Assembly (NCBI GenBank): GCA_002269645.1
Contig: NIVC01000422.1
Location: forward strand, 1-64,000
From: Macrostomum lignano
Taxonomy: Eukaryota
DNA: 64,000 nucleotides
Direction of reading: 5' to 3'
Position 1 is the first letter of the stretch. Every line of letters begins with the position of its first letter. Positions 36,801 through 48,700 of this stretch are shown here, piece by piece. A program made the translations under genes and the position numbers. The notes under the pieces are model-generated. The model was not told where the DNA came from. It did not search any database and saw nothing but the letters and a program-made list of their open reading frames with translations.

Positions 36801-38919
36801 TTGACAACAATTAGTTCATAAACGCCAATCAAGTTGCACCTTCAATACTCAATCCAACGCTCCCCACCCAGGCCACCTTCGAAGGCTGGATGGAGCTGAT
36901 GAAATCCGGGGTCGATGTGACGGGCGTCGATCAGCAGCCGAAGCGGGAGGCTTCTCTCGGTTATTACGTATTTTTCGTCATCTTTATCATTGTTGGCGCA
37001 TTCTTCACCCTAAATCTGTTCATTGGTGTCATTATTGACAATTTCTACTCGTTGAAACGAAAGGTACGTGGTGCAGCTTTCAAAATAATAATATTGAATA
37101 CACAAAACTGATTTTTAGAGTGAAGCTTTGTTGTAATGGTTATGATTTTGACGTTAACTGTATTTGACTTTTTTAGAAAGAAAACGTTCTTGAAATGTTT
37201 TTGACTCCGAGCCAGCGCAGCTATTATCACACAATGAGAAAGCTAGGCAAGAAGAAACCGCAGAAGACTGTACAGAGACCCAAGGTTTGTGCATTTTGAT
37301 TTGCAAGTGTTGATTCTCCAAAGCAAGATTTAATGTAATTCACTCTTTTTAACCTAAAAACATCCTACAGAACCGATTCCAAGACTTCTTCTTCGATGTT
37401 GCCATGAGCAGCAAATTCGAGATGGTGATAGTTATTCTGATATTCCTCAACATGGTGGCGATGATGATCGATCACTACAAGGAACAACCAGCGATCACCC
37501 AGTGCCTCAGCTTAATTAACATCATTTTCACGGCCGTGTTCACTGTTGAAGCAATCATCAAGATAATTGGTCTCAGATGGCACTATTTCCGATTCGCATG
37601 GAACGTTTTCGATTTTGTTATCGTCATACTCAGTATTGTTGGTAAGTCATGGTGGCTATGATAGGAGGAGCATTGGAACACTCATATACAAAGAACGACG
37701 CAATTGACTTGGTAGATTTGCAATACGCAAGTCCAGAAGGTGAGATATTAATCATCATTATCTCTTGTTTTTTTTCACCATATAATTAATAGGTGCCATC
37801 CTGAGCGACTCAGTCAGCAACGTGTTTGTGCAGCCAACGCTACTTCGAGTAGTCAGAATATTCAGAATCGGTCGAGTTCTGCGCCTTATCAAAGCGGCTA
37901 AAGGCATCAGACAGTTGCTGTTCGCTCTGGTGATATCACTGCCAGCCCTGTTTAACATTGGCGCTCTGTTAGCTCTGATTGTATTCATCTACTCAATAGT
38001 TGGCATGAGCCTATGGGGCAACGTCATTCACAATGGCGCTATCAACGACCTCGTCAACTTTGAGACCTTCGGCAGGAGCATGGTACTGCTGTTCCGGCTG
38101 ATTACCAGCGCCGGATGGAACGACGTTCTCGATGGCCTTATGGTTAAACCGCCGAGCTGCAACAGCACCCACATCATACGGAACGGCGTTGCTAAGGAGT
38201 CCAGCAATGGCAACTGCTCGATACCTGAGGTGGCCATTCTCTACATGGTAACCTTCGTGTTCTTCACCAGATTGATCGTTATCAATTTGTACATTGCAAT
38301 CATTCTGGAGAACTTCAGCCAGGCGCACGAACAAGAGGAGGTCGGCATCACCGATGACGATTTCGAGATGTTTTATCAGGTGTGGGAGCGGTACGACCCG
38401 CATGCGTCACAGTACATCAAATACGACTTATTATCCGACTTCATCGCTGACCTAGAAGAGCCGCTCGGCATACCAAAGCCGAATATCATCGCCCTGACCT
38501 CATTCGACATAGCCATCGTCGAAGGCGACAAGTTGCACTGTCTAGACATCCTGGTATCGCTGGTCCGCAACGTTCTCGGCGATATCGAAGACTCAGACGA
38601 GTTCCGCGGCACAATGAACGAAATTGAGAAGAAATTCCGCGACACTTTCCCAACCAGAGTCCGCACGGTGGCCATCTCAACCACAATGCGACGCAAGAAA
38701 GAGGATATCGCGGCCAAGACTTTACAGCGGGCCTGGCGAAGGCACAAAGCTCAGCTGGCGTTCAAACAGGTGACAGAGAATGCCATGGCCATGGCCGGGC
38801 GGAACATTGCCAACATGCCGGGCGCGCCGGGTCAGCTGGACTACGGATCAACCGTGTCGCTGCGACACGCCAAACCGACAAAACCGGCCCCACCAAATGT
38901 CTTCACGATTGCCACTTGA
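24874..38919 (+). CDS. Voltage-gated sodium-channel family alpha subunit, Nav2 (DSC1/BSC1-like, DEEA). Exons: 24874-25401, 25907-26115, 26205-26333, 26413-26522, 27124-27572, 28730-28864, 29382-29450 (candidate), 30359-30718, 31046-31169, 31455-31678, 31973-32143, 32661-33008, 33587-33872, 34409-34794, 35109-35282, 35395-35523, 36099-36371, 36872-37063, 37177-37284, 37371-37641, 37793-38919
   Basis: Four S1-S6 domains with S4 helices ([55 protein letters not shown]); pore loops TLDFWE, CGEWIE, TFEGWM, TSAGWN; III-IV linker [11 protein letters not shown]; C-terminal EF-hand-like region and IQ motif [13 protein letters not shown]; GT-AG sites in consistent phase. Confidence 0.95.
25515..25825. 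repeat. Intron 1 tandem repeat (~55-60 bp), each unit carrying CTGATTGG (reverse CCAAT)
   Basis: About 6 copies of CCCGTCTCTGATTGGCTATAGCC...GCTTAGCCAGAAAATCTCTAC. Confidence 0.85.
26545..26990. repeat. Degenerate TTAGGTAGATT-type intronic repeat
   Basis: Recurring ~10-11-bp motif. Confidence 0.75.
27665..28630. repeat. Intronic minisatellite, 20-bp TTACACCTGTGTCTAACTGG, followed by a 21-bp ACAGGTGATCATTTTGATAGA sub-array
   Basis: Units directly visible. Confidence 0.95.
28928..29190 (+). mobile_element. tRNA-derived SINE-like element in a Nav2 intron
   Basis: Pol III A box TAGCCCAGCGG (28937) and B-box-like GGCTCGATTCC (28981); A-rich 3' end. Confidence 0.55.
30080..30295. repeat. 16-bp intronic repeat TCTGACCCATCTGCAG
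   Basis: Units directly visible. Confidence 0.9.
30750..30945. repeat. 11/22-bp intronic repeat GTGGTAGTTCAGCGGTAGCTCG
   Basis: Units directly visible. Confidence 0.9.
33045..33530. repeat. 21-bp intronic repeat TGTTAGATATGAGGTGTCACA
   Basis: Units directly visible. Confidence 0.9.
33960..34209 (-). mobile_element. CORE-type SINE fragment (tRNA-like head plus CORE-like domain)
   Basis: Minus strand: AGCCTAAGTGGTTGGAGCGTTGGACTC... then CTTGAGCAAGACACTTAA...CCCAGCTGTAAAATGGGT, resembling the CORE consensus CTTGGGCAAGTCACTTAAC...ATCTGTAAAATGGG. Confidence 0.55.
36490..36695. repeat. 33-bp intronic repeat, each unit with an AP-1-type site ATGAGTCAT
   Basis: GTATGAGCCATGAGTCATAAGAGTCGGAGGTTA, six copies. 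Confidence 0.9.
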
Positions 38920-40084
38920 TGATTAATTACTAATTAGACACACCGTTTAAGAATTGTCGTTTTTACCTGTAAAATGTGTTTTTATATGTGGATTTCGATC
39001 GTTATAATGCTTGCCTGATGCAAATGAAGCTTTGCCTAAACTTTTAAAACATGCTATATGATTATAATACAATAATGCACTCGCTTAGATAAATGTGTAC
39101 GCCTGTAATTTTGATAACTACTTGTAGTAGTACTGTTGAAGCGAATTCAAGAATTCAAGTCAAGAAAGGAATCACATTGCTACGAGAAAGGAATCAATTT
39201 AAAGGGAGAAGTTTTCGAATCTTCCACCCAAAATAAAAATTCGATTTAAGTGGATTGCTGGTTTGACGTATATACTGGTGGGTAAAACAAGTAGAAGCTA
39301 CTTAAACTTAAGTGTAGAACTATGTAGGTTGCTCCTCATTACGTCGATAGAATTCCATAACTTCGAAAAGGAATTGAATATTGCTATTGTCAATATAAAT
39401 TTCTGTAGTTTCATCATACGCCCTGTCATACAACCCCCAACAACTTGTTTCGTCGCAAATATAAATCACTGGTTTTAAACAAGCTACAAAACTATTGTTA
39501 GATACTACTAACTTGAATAGTAGTAATACTTTTACACAGTTTTTTATATTATTAGTGACTGAAAATTGGGGTACAGTACAGACTCGACCTCCTTGTTCTT
39601 TCAAAATAAATTTGCGAGTTTTGTGGTTATCTGCAAAAATGATCGATTGTTTTGACTTGATGAATAATAATAACGGACCATTTTATAGAAAAGAACGTTT
39701 TAAGTAGTGTGGGCTTTTTATTTTCAACCCGCCATATGAGAGCCCACTTTTCTTCAATACCGTTGCATTTTTCTGCACCAGTTCGTAAATGACGTCTAAT
39801 TGAACTGCTATTTAACTGATTATTGGATCTTTCACTTAATAAAATTTTTAATAATTGATAAATACTGAATGCACTTGTCTGTTCGTAGCATGCTTTAGAG
39901 TTTTTTTTAGACGAGCAGAAAGTATATTGTACCTTGCATACCTTGCTACCTTGCATAACGCGACACCATCCGCAATATCCATCAGAGCAAGCAAAGCAAT
40001 ACATCTTTGTTCTACATGTAGTAAAGCTAATTAGCACAAATAACCTACACAATTCATTCTACTCTCATACGACAGCAGTTCTTA

Positions 40085-40300
40085 TCGAGCTGCAGTGTCA
40101 TCAGGTGCCCGAGTTGCAAAACGGACACGAGAATTACCTGGTCGCCGGTCCAGGCGCTGCCGAAGGCGCAGTCGCCCCTGCAAAACAATCCGCCACCGCT
40201 GAAGCCACCGCCAGATCCAAAGATGGTCATTCAGCTGCCTTCGCTGACTCCGAAGAAGCCTCAATCGCAGACGAGCTGTCGCTCTCTTATGAATGGATAA
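40085..40300 (-). pseudogene. Decayed partial duplicate of the Gly-rich-domain gene at 41.4-42 kb
   Basis: VCD*GFFGVSEGS*...GSGGGFSGGG...AWTGDQ aligns with VCDGGFGGSAGGG...GAGGGFNGGG...WIGDQ; shared nucleotide blocks (CTGCAGTG..TCAGGTGCCCGAGT); in-frame stops. Confidence 0.55.
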
Positions 40301-41359
40301 TTGACTGTGGTGTCGGTCTGCTGAACTTTTACAAACAAAAATAGCAAGTATGCTTTGCTAAAACAACCACTTCCTGTGAAACTTAGGAGTGTGCTGTTTT
40401 AAATTCACTCTTTTATGGCAAAGGTCAGTCAGGGCACGATAAAGAAAGCATTTTCCTGAATAGTGAAAAAGTTCACTTCAACGAACTCTCTCTCTCCTTC
40501 CTTTTCTGACTTTATCAGTGACGAACGGATTCATACATCTCTACCACCTCCCTGCATCTCTGCCACCTTCCTGCATCTCAACACCTCCCTGCATCTCTTC
40601 CATCTTACTGTATCAAGCAGTACGGAAGGGCGCAGATGCAGGAAGGCATCTACAGAGAGCTGCAGCCGAGCGGCCTTGGCATGCACCGAAAGCAGACACT
40701 GAAACACAGCTGAGCTCACAAATCTGGTCTGCTCGTTTAAAAAAGCCTTCAGAAATTTTCTGGCAGGAAAAAAAGACGAGCGGCTTCGGACAGACGAGTG
40801 CATTCAGTGTTTATTAATTATTAGGAATTGAGAACTGTTTGAGCTGTCTGAGTGCAAACTCAGTAGCAGTGAATCAGGTAAGCAGCAGTTCAGTTCGAAA
40901 AATTTCAGAAAAGGTAGGTCGTACAGCAAAAAAATTTATTGAGGAAAAGTTGCCTTCGGGTGTGAACAAAAAGCCGGTTGAAGGCAACAAAGCTGGATTA
41001 ATAGTAACACAAAGACTAATTGTTTTGGTTTCAAGTCCGGGAATATAATGCACATACACTACTACTGATGAAAAAGTTCGTGAGTAGTTAGATTAGAGAT
41101 ACTTACATAGTTTCTGTGCTAAATTAAAGGTTCTCATCACCAGCAGTAGTGCAAATATAGCTCGTACTTAAAAGTAACTTACGGAAAAGGGAAATTAATT
41201 TCATGGTAACTTTAGAAATTCTGTAATCTAAAAGAGGGAGCTAAATTGATTCATTGACATTAGACCTAATTTTATAACCTCAAAAGTACACTTAGCAACC
41301 AGTGTTGCCGTGTTGTAGTTTTTTAAAAGTAGTTAGGAATTGAAACACGACTGACCAGG

Positions 41360-42040
41360 CCCCACTTCAACAAGCGGCTGCAGTGGCCTCAGGTGCCCGA
41401 GTCGCACGCGGCTGAGGCCAACTCCAGCAGGACGGACACGAAGCTCTGGTCGCCTATCCACGTGCCGCCGACACAAGCAGCCGCCTCTGCCGCCGTATTC
41501 GAACTTTAGTCCGGCTCCGCCTCCGTTGAAGCCGCCGCCGGCTCCAGCAGTGCCTTTCGCTGAGCTGGTCCTGCTGCCGCCTCCGGCGCTGCCGCCGAAG
41601 CCTCCATCGCAGACGCTGCCGTCTCCGGCGCTGCCGCCTCTCTCGCCGTCCGAAGAGTTCCGTCTGGGGCTGACGGCCTTTGCCGAGCCAGCCGGCGCCG
41701 CAGCCGCCGTGGTTGTTATTAAGGCGGGTGCTAGCGGGATTGTTGGAGCCCGGCTGACCGTTGGAGCTGCCGAATCCGGAGTGTTCGCTGTTGGCTCCCG
41801 AGCTGTCCGAACCGTTTATCCCAGTATCTCCTGATTTTCCTACATCGCCATCAATCAAAATGTGTATCAACGGGGCTTTTTGCTTTTCATAATTTACAAT
41901 TTACACAACTGCGGCCACTGAGCTCACCATTTGTAAAGCGGGAAGCTCCGCCACCTCCGCCGGCTGCCAGCAGCAGCAGCTGGTCAACCGTCCGGTACAC
42001 GAAGCTCCGGAACAAAGTCTGAGCAGAGGCGTTTTTTGGA
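41360..42040 (-). pseudogene. Frameshifted gene encoding an ALK/LTK-type glycine-rich domain
   Basis: SFVYRTVDQLLLLAAGGGGGASRFTNG|GTGAG intron AG|GDTGINGS...HGGCGAGWLGKG...[frameshift ~41650] GERGGSAG...CDGGFGG...GAGGGFNGGGAG...GGRGG; second frameshift and a TGA downstream. Family assigned from recalled motifs. Confidence 0.55.
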
Positions 42041-42419
42041 GCCAATCCCAGACACGAGCTGTCCTCATGGCACAGGAGCTTTGTCTATCCATGGTGCTTT
42101 AGCGGTGTTTCTAAATAATAACAATTAATAATTACAAGCGGTCTGTTGTTCCACACAGCAAGAGATGGGGCAGTTCTGCCCTGAGCACATCTCCTGAGAG
42201 CACCAATACTTTACACGCACTTTACACGGGGGGGGAGTGTGACATTAGCCGGCCGGAAGTTAGGAGGCGGACGGTAGTACCAGCGGCATTACCCGACAGG
42301 CTGGCAATCGGAGGGAAATGAAGGATCCATGCTCACAAATGTTTTGTCCAACATTTGTTACACTGAAGCTTTTGCTGTCCTTCTGTGCGCTCCGTGCTCC
42401 ATTCTGAGGCCCTGGATGA

Positions 42420-42570
42420 CGGGCTCAAGGCTCGCGGCTGTTTCAGGCAGTCGTTAAGACTGTCTTGTTGTACAACGCCGAGACCTGGACCCTGACGGAC
42501 GCTTTGGAGAGGCAGCTGGAAGCTGGCGGCGACTTCGACTGGCTGGCCACGTCATCCGTGGGTTGTGAAT
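42420..42570 (+). mobile_element. RTE-clade LINE fragment
   Basis: Translates RLFQAVVKTVLLYNAETWTLTDALERQLEA, homologous to 45600-45720. Confidence 0.75.
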
Positions 42571-43266
42571 TTCTGAGAGCTTTGGCCCAGAGAGGCGCTC
42601 TCTGACTTCTCCACTCTTTCTAGCCACTGCGTGGCTGGCGGGTGAAGTACTTTGTTGTTTGTTTGTTGTTTTGCTGTCGCTATTATAAATAAATATTTTT
42701 ACCAAGGAGGCTGATGGGAGTTTTGTAAAATCTAGCTCCTTTGAGAACTGAGTTTTGTTTAAACGCATGTACGCTCGTACATGTAACAATCAAAAACAAA
42801 ATTTTGTCTAAACAAGAAGTGACCATTATAGTGACCCAGTTGCTTTTAATTTATTTCTTGTTACAAATCAGTTGCTGGTTTGATAATATTATAAATATGT
42901 GGAAATGTTTCGTGATGTGTGATATGGCTCGGCTGCAGTTTATAATGAAAGAAAATATAAAATGATGAACGCTGAAAAAGCAATGCATTTTCAAAACAAA
43001 AATGTTAGGATTACATAATATTATTTGTGCTTAAAAGCAAATCATTTTTGGTGTATCATGGTTTAAAGGATGGATAAATTCAAAATTAAATGTTTTTTTC
43101 TTCACTTTTTTGTAGGCTAAACTTTGCTTAGGGCTATAAGAAATAAGTAGAGAAACTGGACTAGGTCGCATTAAGAAGAAACCAATCAAAGCAACCATTT
43201 TGAAACTGTAGTGACTGGCTGCTAACTGGCTATTCAGCAGCATTCACTAGCTTTCCCTAAGGGCGC

Positions 43267-44050
43267 TGTGATCCGCTGCACAGTGGCTCAGTCCACCTGA
43301 TCTAGTGAGAGAGATACCCTGTGCTGGGCCTAAGTGTTTACTGCCCGATGACTCATCGCCTGAGCAGGCGTGGGCAGCCACACTCAATGTCTTCCCACTC
43401 GCACTGAGGAAGCGTAGCAGGATGACTCATCACCTGCGCGGAGTGTAAGGGCCGCCTAGAGGGAGTAAACAGGATGACTCATTCGCCCACGTTTCTATTT
43501 TTAGCACAGACCAAGCACGTGACTGTGCACGCACTCGGTGCGTGGCCACTGACCTTGAGTCACGCCACTGCTGCGTGACAGGATTGCCTTATTTGGAAGT
43601 TGGCCTTGAATCACGCGTCGTTCGCATGATTTCAATGCCCAAATAAGAAAGTTTCACGCGCTCACCGCATGAAACTCACGTGACTTTTGGGGGTCCGCTC
43701 GGCTATAAATACGGAGCATCTGCGAGCCATTTTTCTCCAGACTGCGTCGTCTCGCGGAGCATTGTGGCTAACTCGTGAAGCCTCTGCCTCTGAGCTCTCC
43801 TCTCTCATTTCAGGTTTTACAGGTTTTCAGGTCCGAGCAGCATTCAACTAAGACGATCGACTGTCGAGACATTTTCAGATTTGCCTTTGCTCCGAGCGAC
43901 TTTGTTAATTTTCTTTCAGGTGACGGATAGACAACTCTGCCGACGCGTCGAGTCCGCACACCAAGGTGGCAGCAACCCTACCAAGTAACGGCAACGTTTT
44001 AGGTTCATTTTCAGGCAAATCGATAGGTAGTACTGCGGTGCTATCTAGCT
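43267..44050 (+). promoter_or_regulatory. LTR-like promoter segment: four AP-1 sites, two E-boxes, TATA box
   Basis: TGACTCA at 43349, 43423, 43475; TGAGTCA at 43556; CACGTG at 43516 and 43677; TATAAAT at 43704. Confidence 0.45.
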
Positions 44051-45227
44051 TCTTCAGGAGCAGCGGGTTCCATTTTCAGGAACATCTTCGAGAACCCGAG
44101 AAGGAGAAGTACTTCAAAACTATATAGTTAAGTCTGCCATGGTCTAAACCATTCATAATAATGTAATTAAACAATGGATAAACCATAGATAACGCAACTC
44201 TCCGGTACATTTTTTCAAGACGCGGGATGTTACATGACTTGATAATCTTAGTTTTCCGGGACTTTATTTGTCGCATGGACTTCTATGTATGGAAGTATAG
44301 AAGTCCATGATTTGTCTGTATATTTCTTCAGTCAGATGATTCTGGCCATAGACACTAAACATGCAATATGATAAAAAATTGAATTTAGACCATAGACAAT
44401 TAGTTATAGTGTTTGTTTACGTGGGGGCTCTGCCCCCACACCCCGAGGGGGGCTCTGCCCCCACACCCCCGCGGGGGGCTCAGCACCCCCTCGACCCCAC
44501 CTCTCAGTTAGTAGACATTTTGGCCATAGACACTTCTTTTTTGTATTTGCAGGATAATATTATAACTCCGGGGTATTGCCTAATATTATCCCGGAGTTTA
44601 TCTATGGTTTATATGAGATAAAGCATGCCTTCTTCGGGAGTCATAATGATCGTCAAATTGCTAAACAATGAATAAAACATGTGGGTGCATTAATGTCGTA
44701 GACAAGCCTCGAACTGAATCGCAACATGTTTCGTGCCGGCTTCGTCGTCCAAGAGCCAGACACGATTAAAGCTGAGCTGCTCTGACCCCGACAGTTCCTT
44801 TGCTTTAGAACTTTCTTAGATCACGACAGAGCTACCTTACAATGTGCAACTGTTTCTGTAGCAACTTTCAGTTACGTTCACAGCAGCAACATTGTTTGAG
44901 GATTCCATTTCAGAGGGACTTGTAGTGGCACTTGCAGTAAGCAGCCCGCAGCAGATAATAAGCGCGCAGTATGCGGATGTCATGCTGTTGGCAGTAATTT
45001 TTCTGGATTAGCCTCAGCTGTACAGAATAAAAGTAAGTGCAACATTGTCAGATTAAAATAATAATTTGGCATACTCAACATCTATAAAAGTGTTAACATC
45101 CTTCAATGCCGACTTTTTACGCTGTAGTTACTACTACAGCTAAAAATTAACAATTTTGCATATGCGTCTGGCGGACGTCGTGAACTGCGTGAGGTGCCTG
45201 CCAAGAATAAGTGGGGACAGCTACAGG

Positions 45228-45790
45228 CTAACAACAACAACAACAAAATACGCTGTCAGGATGGCAAAAGTCAGCGTCACAGGGCGCGCTTCATGGCTTG
45301 GGCGCGAACAAAGGCCGCGCCACCGGCAGTGTCCGGGGCGCCGGCGTCAGCCAGCAGACAGTCGAAGTAACGCCGAGTTCGCGCTTGACCTCGCCGGTAG
45401 GGTGCCTGCAGCGTGAGCAGCAGCACCTCCTGCACCGGCTGTGGGCAGCACGACTCGGTGCGGATGAGATGGCCTGCGAGCTGGAGTCGCCGACGGCGCA
45501 GTAGATCGCTTGGACGTGGCAGGCCAGCGCGGCGATAGAGTCCCGCGTTGTTGACTCGCTCGACGCCGATGTTGAAGGCGGCGCGCAGCAGGCCAGCGTG
45601 CGCCGCATCGACTTGCTGTTCGAGTGAGTCCGTCCGTCAGCGTCCAGGTCTCGGCGTTGTAGAGCAGGACGGTCTCGATTACCGCCTGGAACAGCGCCGC
45701 CCTCTGGCGGTCCGGTAGGGCCTCGGACTGCAGGACTGCCCTCACAGAACGAAAGGCAGCCCAGGCAAGCCCGCGGCGGCGTCGCAGGCT
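45228..45790 (-). mobile_element. 5'-truncated RTE-clade LINE 3' end with (TTG)n tail
   Basis: GLAWAAFRSVRAVL...ALFQAVIETVLLYNAETWTLT, then frameshifted RRRRLQLAGHLIR; (TTG)n tail at ~45230-45245. Confidence 0.85.
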
Positions 45791-47499
45791 AGTAAGGTGC
45801 ACCAGAGTCGCAGAACTCTCCATCAGCTCCATCAATAATAGATTCTGGGTACTGCTAACTCAGAAGTAAGTGCCCTTGTTGTCAGAAACTTTTGCACTGA
45901 GACTGAGACCTAGAAGCTCTTATGCATTTACTGGAAACGAAAATTGTCTTTTATACTACATGTCACAGACATTTTAAACTTGCATGCAATTAGCTTTGCG
46001 CTGTGCTCTAGCTCTGTTTAATATTTACAGTACAATAGCATTTTAAAATTGAGTTTTAAGATTGCATACATGACTCTTCATATATCTTGCTCGAAATCAG
46101 CCTCTGTACCATAGTTAGCGTCCGACTTAAAGATGAGATAATGCCCAATGAGATATAAATGATGTGTATGATAGTACTTTGGTAAAACGTTTTAATCATA
46201 ATCAGCTATGTCCTGAGAAATCTCTCCAGTTTGATTCGGGACTTGATTAATGACCCGAAATCGAGCCGGCTGCCGGCTTATGGTTAAATGAAAAAATAAC
46301 TTCAACACAGTATGCTGCAGTAGCTTGTCAATGTTTCCTAATACTCCTACTGACTAAAGTTTTACGAGCGTATTTGAATAACAGCAGAACAGGAATGCAA
46401 TAGCTATAACCAACTGTGGTGAATCCAGCCAATAAAGAGACGAGATTCCTCTGCAATACCTCAAGACTGCGGCGGAGCTTTCAAAGAAATTCGCCTGTTC
46501 CGTCTGCTGTTCCATTGTTCCCGAATTGCCTGGCACAAAGGCTGACTAACAATGCATAAATTTTCTCTTTAACTTGTAGAAAATTGCTTTAGAACTCTTT
46601 TTTTAAGTGCGTTGTGAGGAGTTTCTGTTCTGGGAACTTACTCCTAGAAATGAAGCTATGTTCCTGTGCCAAGTGCTTTAGGGAGAGCTGCTATCGAGAA
46701 CGCATGGAGACTTGATACAGCCTGATAAAGAAGCGTGGCTCTATCTCTCAGGCTGGCTTCATCAAGCAATGATTCTGGGCGCTGCTATTCAGAGCTGAGT
46801 TTCATTGTTGTCTGCAAATCTCTCCTTTTGGGGACTGGGACCCAGATTTCTGCGTACTGCGAACCAATTTTTTTCTTAGAAGTGGCAGTGACTGGCCTGA
46901 ATGAACTTTTTTTGGAAAACCCGCTCAAAAATACTCGTCCCATATATTAAAATTAGAGTCTATAATTTTTGTCCATTTTCATCTATTAACGACTCGCTCC
47001 GTCACTTTACCTTCACTTGTGGCCTGCTCTTGGTTGGCTCTTCGTCCGAACGAACTGAAGACAAAACATGTCGTCGCAAATTAGTAGATCAAGATCTGCA
47101 TTTCCGAAGGTGCACCGAAGCTCGACATCAAATGTGTGCCAAATTTTGACTTGGAGTCTCAATGACATCTTAGCCGCAATGGATCCAGACGTGGAATAGC
47201 TTCGAGGTAGATCTACCAGGAGGCTCTTAAAAGAAGCGTAAAAGAAAGCAGAAACCAAAGATTGTACTAACAGCCAGACGAGTCATTCAGCAACTGGTAG
47301 ATGGCTTTGAAGGAAATTTCAAGCAGATGCAATTTCTCAAGTTGCTGCAAGAATTGCGAAGAATTCCAGTTAAGAGATCGCATCGTCAAAAGACACAGGG
47401 ACAGCAAAACTGTAGAGAGACTACTGGAATGATGAAACAACCTCACACTGAAGCTGCGAAGAAGATATGCAAAGCTTCAGAATAATCGCATAAGAAAAG

Positions 47500-48700
47500 C
47501 TCCATCATGACTGTGAGCACAGCATATCTAAACTGAGGAATAAATCCTCCCCACCGAATGAACAACATCGAGCCTAAATCCGTAGACAGTAGAAAGTTAG
47601 GGAACGCTGGAAATTTTACTGTCGAGATGCGGCTGGGATCAACAAATCTGAAGTCTTTGTCCTACAATGTATCAAATGTCCAATCATCTCGCCAGACATG
47701 CAAGGCTGTTCACATAATTAACGCGAATTTCTCGAAGCAGATGCAGTACAGACAAGAGCACAAGCTGCAGACTGTTTCCGCGCTCATCAGTGACTTACTT
47801 AGGGAGCAATTGATGTCAGAATTCCCAGAGGTCATCAGCGGAGGGACCAAGCCGATGGCTGGAGAGACGTTCAGGATTCAACTAGCTGCAGAAAATAGCA
47901 GTGCCCTTCTCTGTCATGATGACCCCAAGGAAAATTTCTAAATCCCTGAAACCAAAGTTAAAAGAACTGGAAGAGCTCGAAAAGCAAAAAAATCATCAGA
48001 AAAATGAGCGACCCAACAGTGTGGTGCGCGCCGATAACAGTGCTGTCCAAGAAGGGCTCTGACAGATTCGACTCTCTGCGTTCACTTGCGTTACTTGAAC
48101 AAATTCGTAACGCGCGAGAGATATCAAAGCAGTATTGGGTTTGAAGTATAGTATCCAGAATGCCAGCAAACTCGCGGTTCTTCACAACAGTAGACGCCCT
48201 GAAAAGATATCACCATGCAGGTGCCTTTGGACACCGAATCACAAAAGCTAACGGCATTCGTAACACCCTTAATTCGATAAATCAGTTCAATTTACTGAAC
48301 ACACTTTAATAGAAGAATAGACAAAGCGCTGCAAGGGATTGAGAACATCAACCCCATCGTGAACGAAATTATCTTAGCTCATGCTGATACAACATGAGCA
48401 CCTGCATGAAGTCCGGAGATTTCTAACTCGATATGTAAGGAATTCTGGATTTTATTGAATATGCAAAATTCAAAATAGCAGAACCGTCTGTAACTTTCGC
48501 AGACTTCCGATTGACTCTAACGGGTACACAATCGACCCAGGGATCGGATCGCAAAGTAGAGTATAGCACTCACCAGAAGCTTCTATTCATTTGCATTTTT
48601 AACTGCAGCAGGGACAGTCGCTTTAACTTTCGACAATTTTGCGCTTGCACTCCACATGCACCGTTTAAGTAATAAGTGTAACATGGCTTTTTAACTGAAT
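47500..48700 (+). mobile_element. Decayed Ty3/Gypsy pol fragment (linker and RT)
   Basis: Broken frames give SEFPEVISGG, IRLCVHLRYLNKFVTRERYQ, VDALKRYH..QVPLDTESQKLTAFVTP, matching Gypsy RT motifs; many stops and frameshifts. Confidence 0.75.

Noticed and set aside
40095-40310. Plus-strand IRCPSCKTDT as the end of a RING finger, and minus-strand Cys-rich ORF 39627..40052
   Set aside because: No RING N-terminal half. The paralogous copy keeps the minus-strand Gly-rich reading instead, and the Cys ORF fits no zinc-finger spacing I recognise.
44274-44500. 13-bp inverted repeat CATGGACTTCTAT/ATAGAAGTCCATG and GGGGCTCTGCCCC palindromes
   Set aside because: Probably transposon remnants; no boundaries or TSD can be defined.
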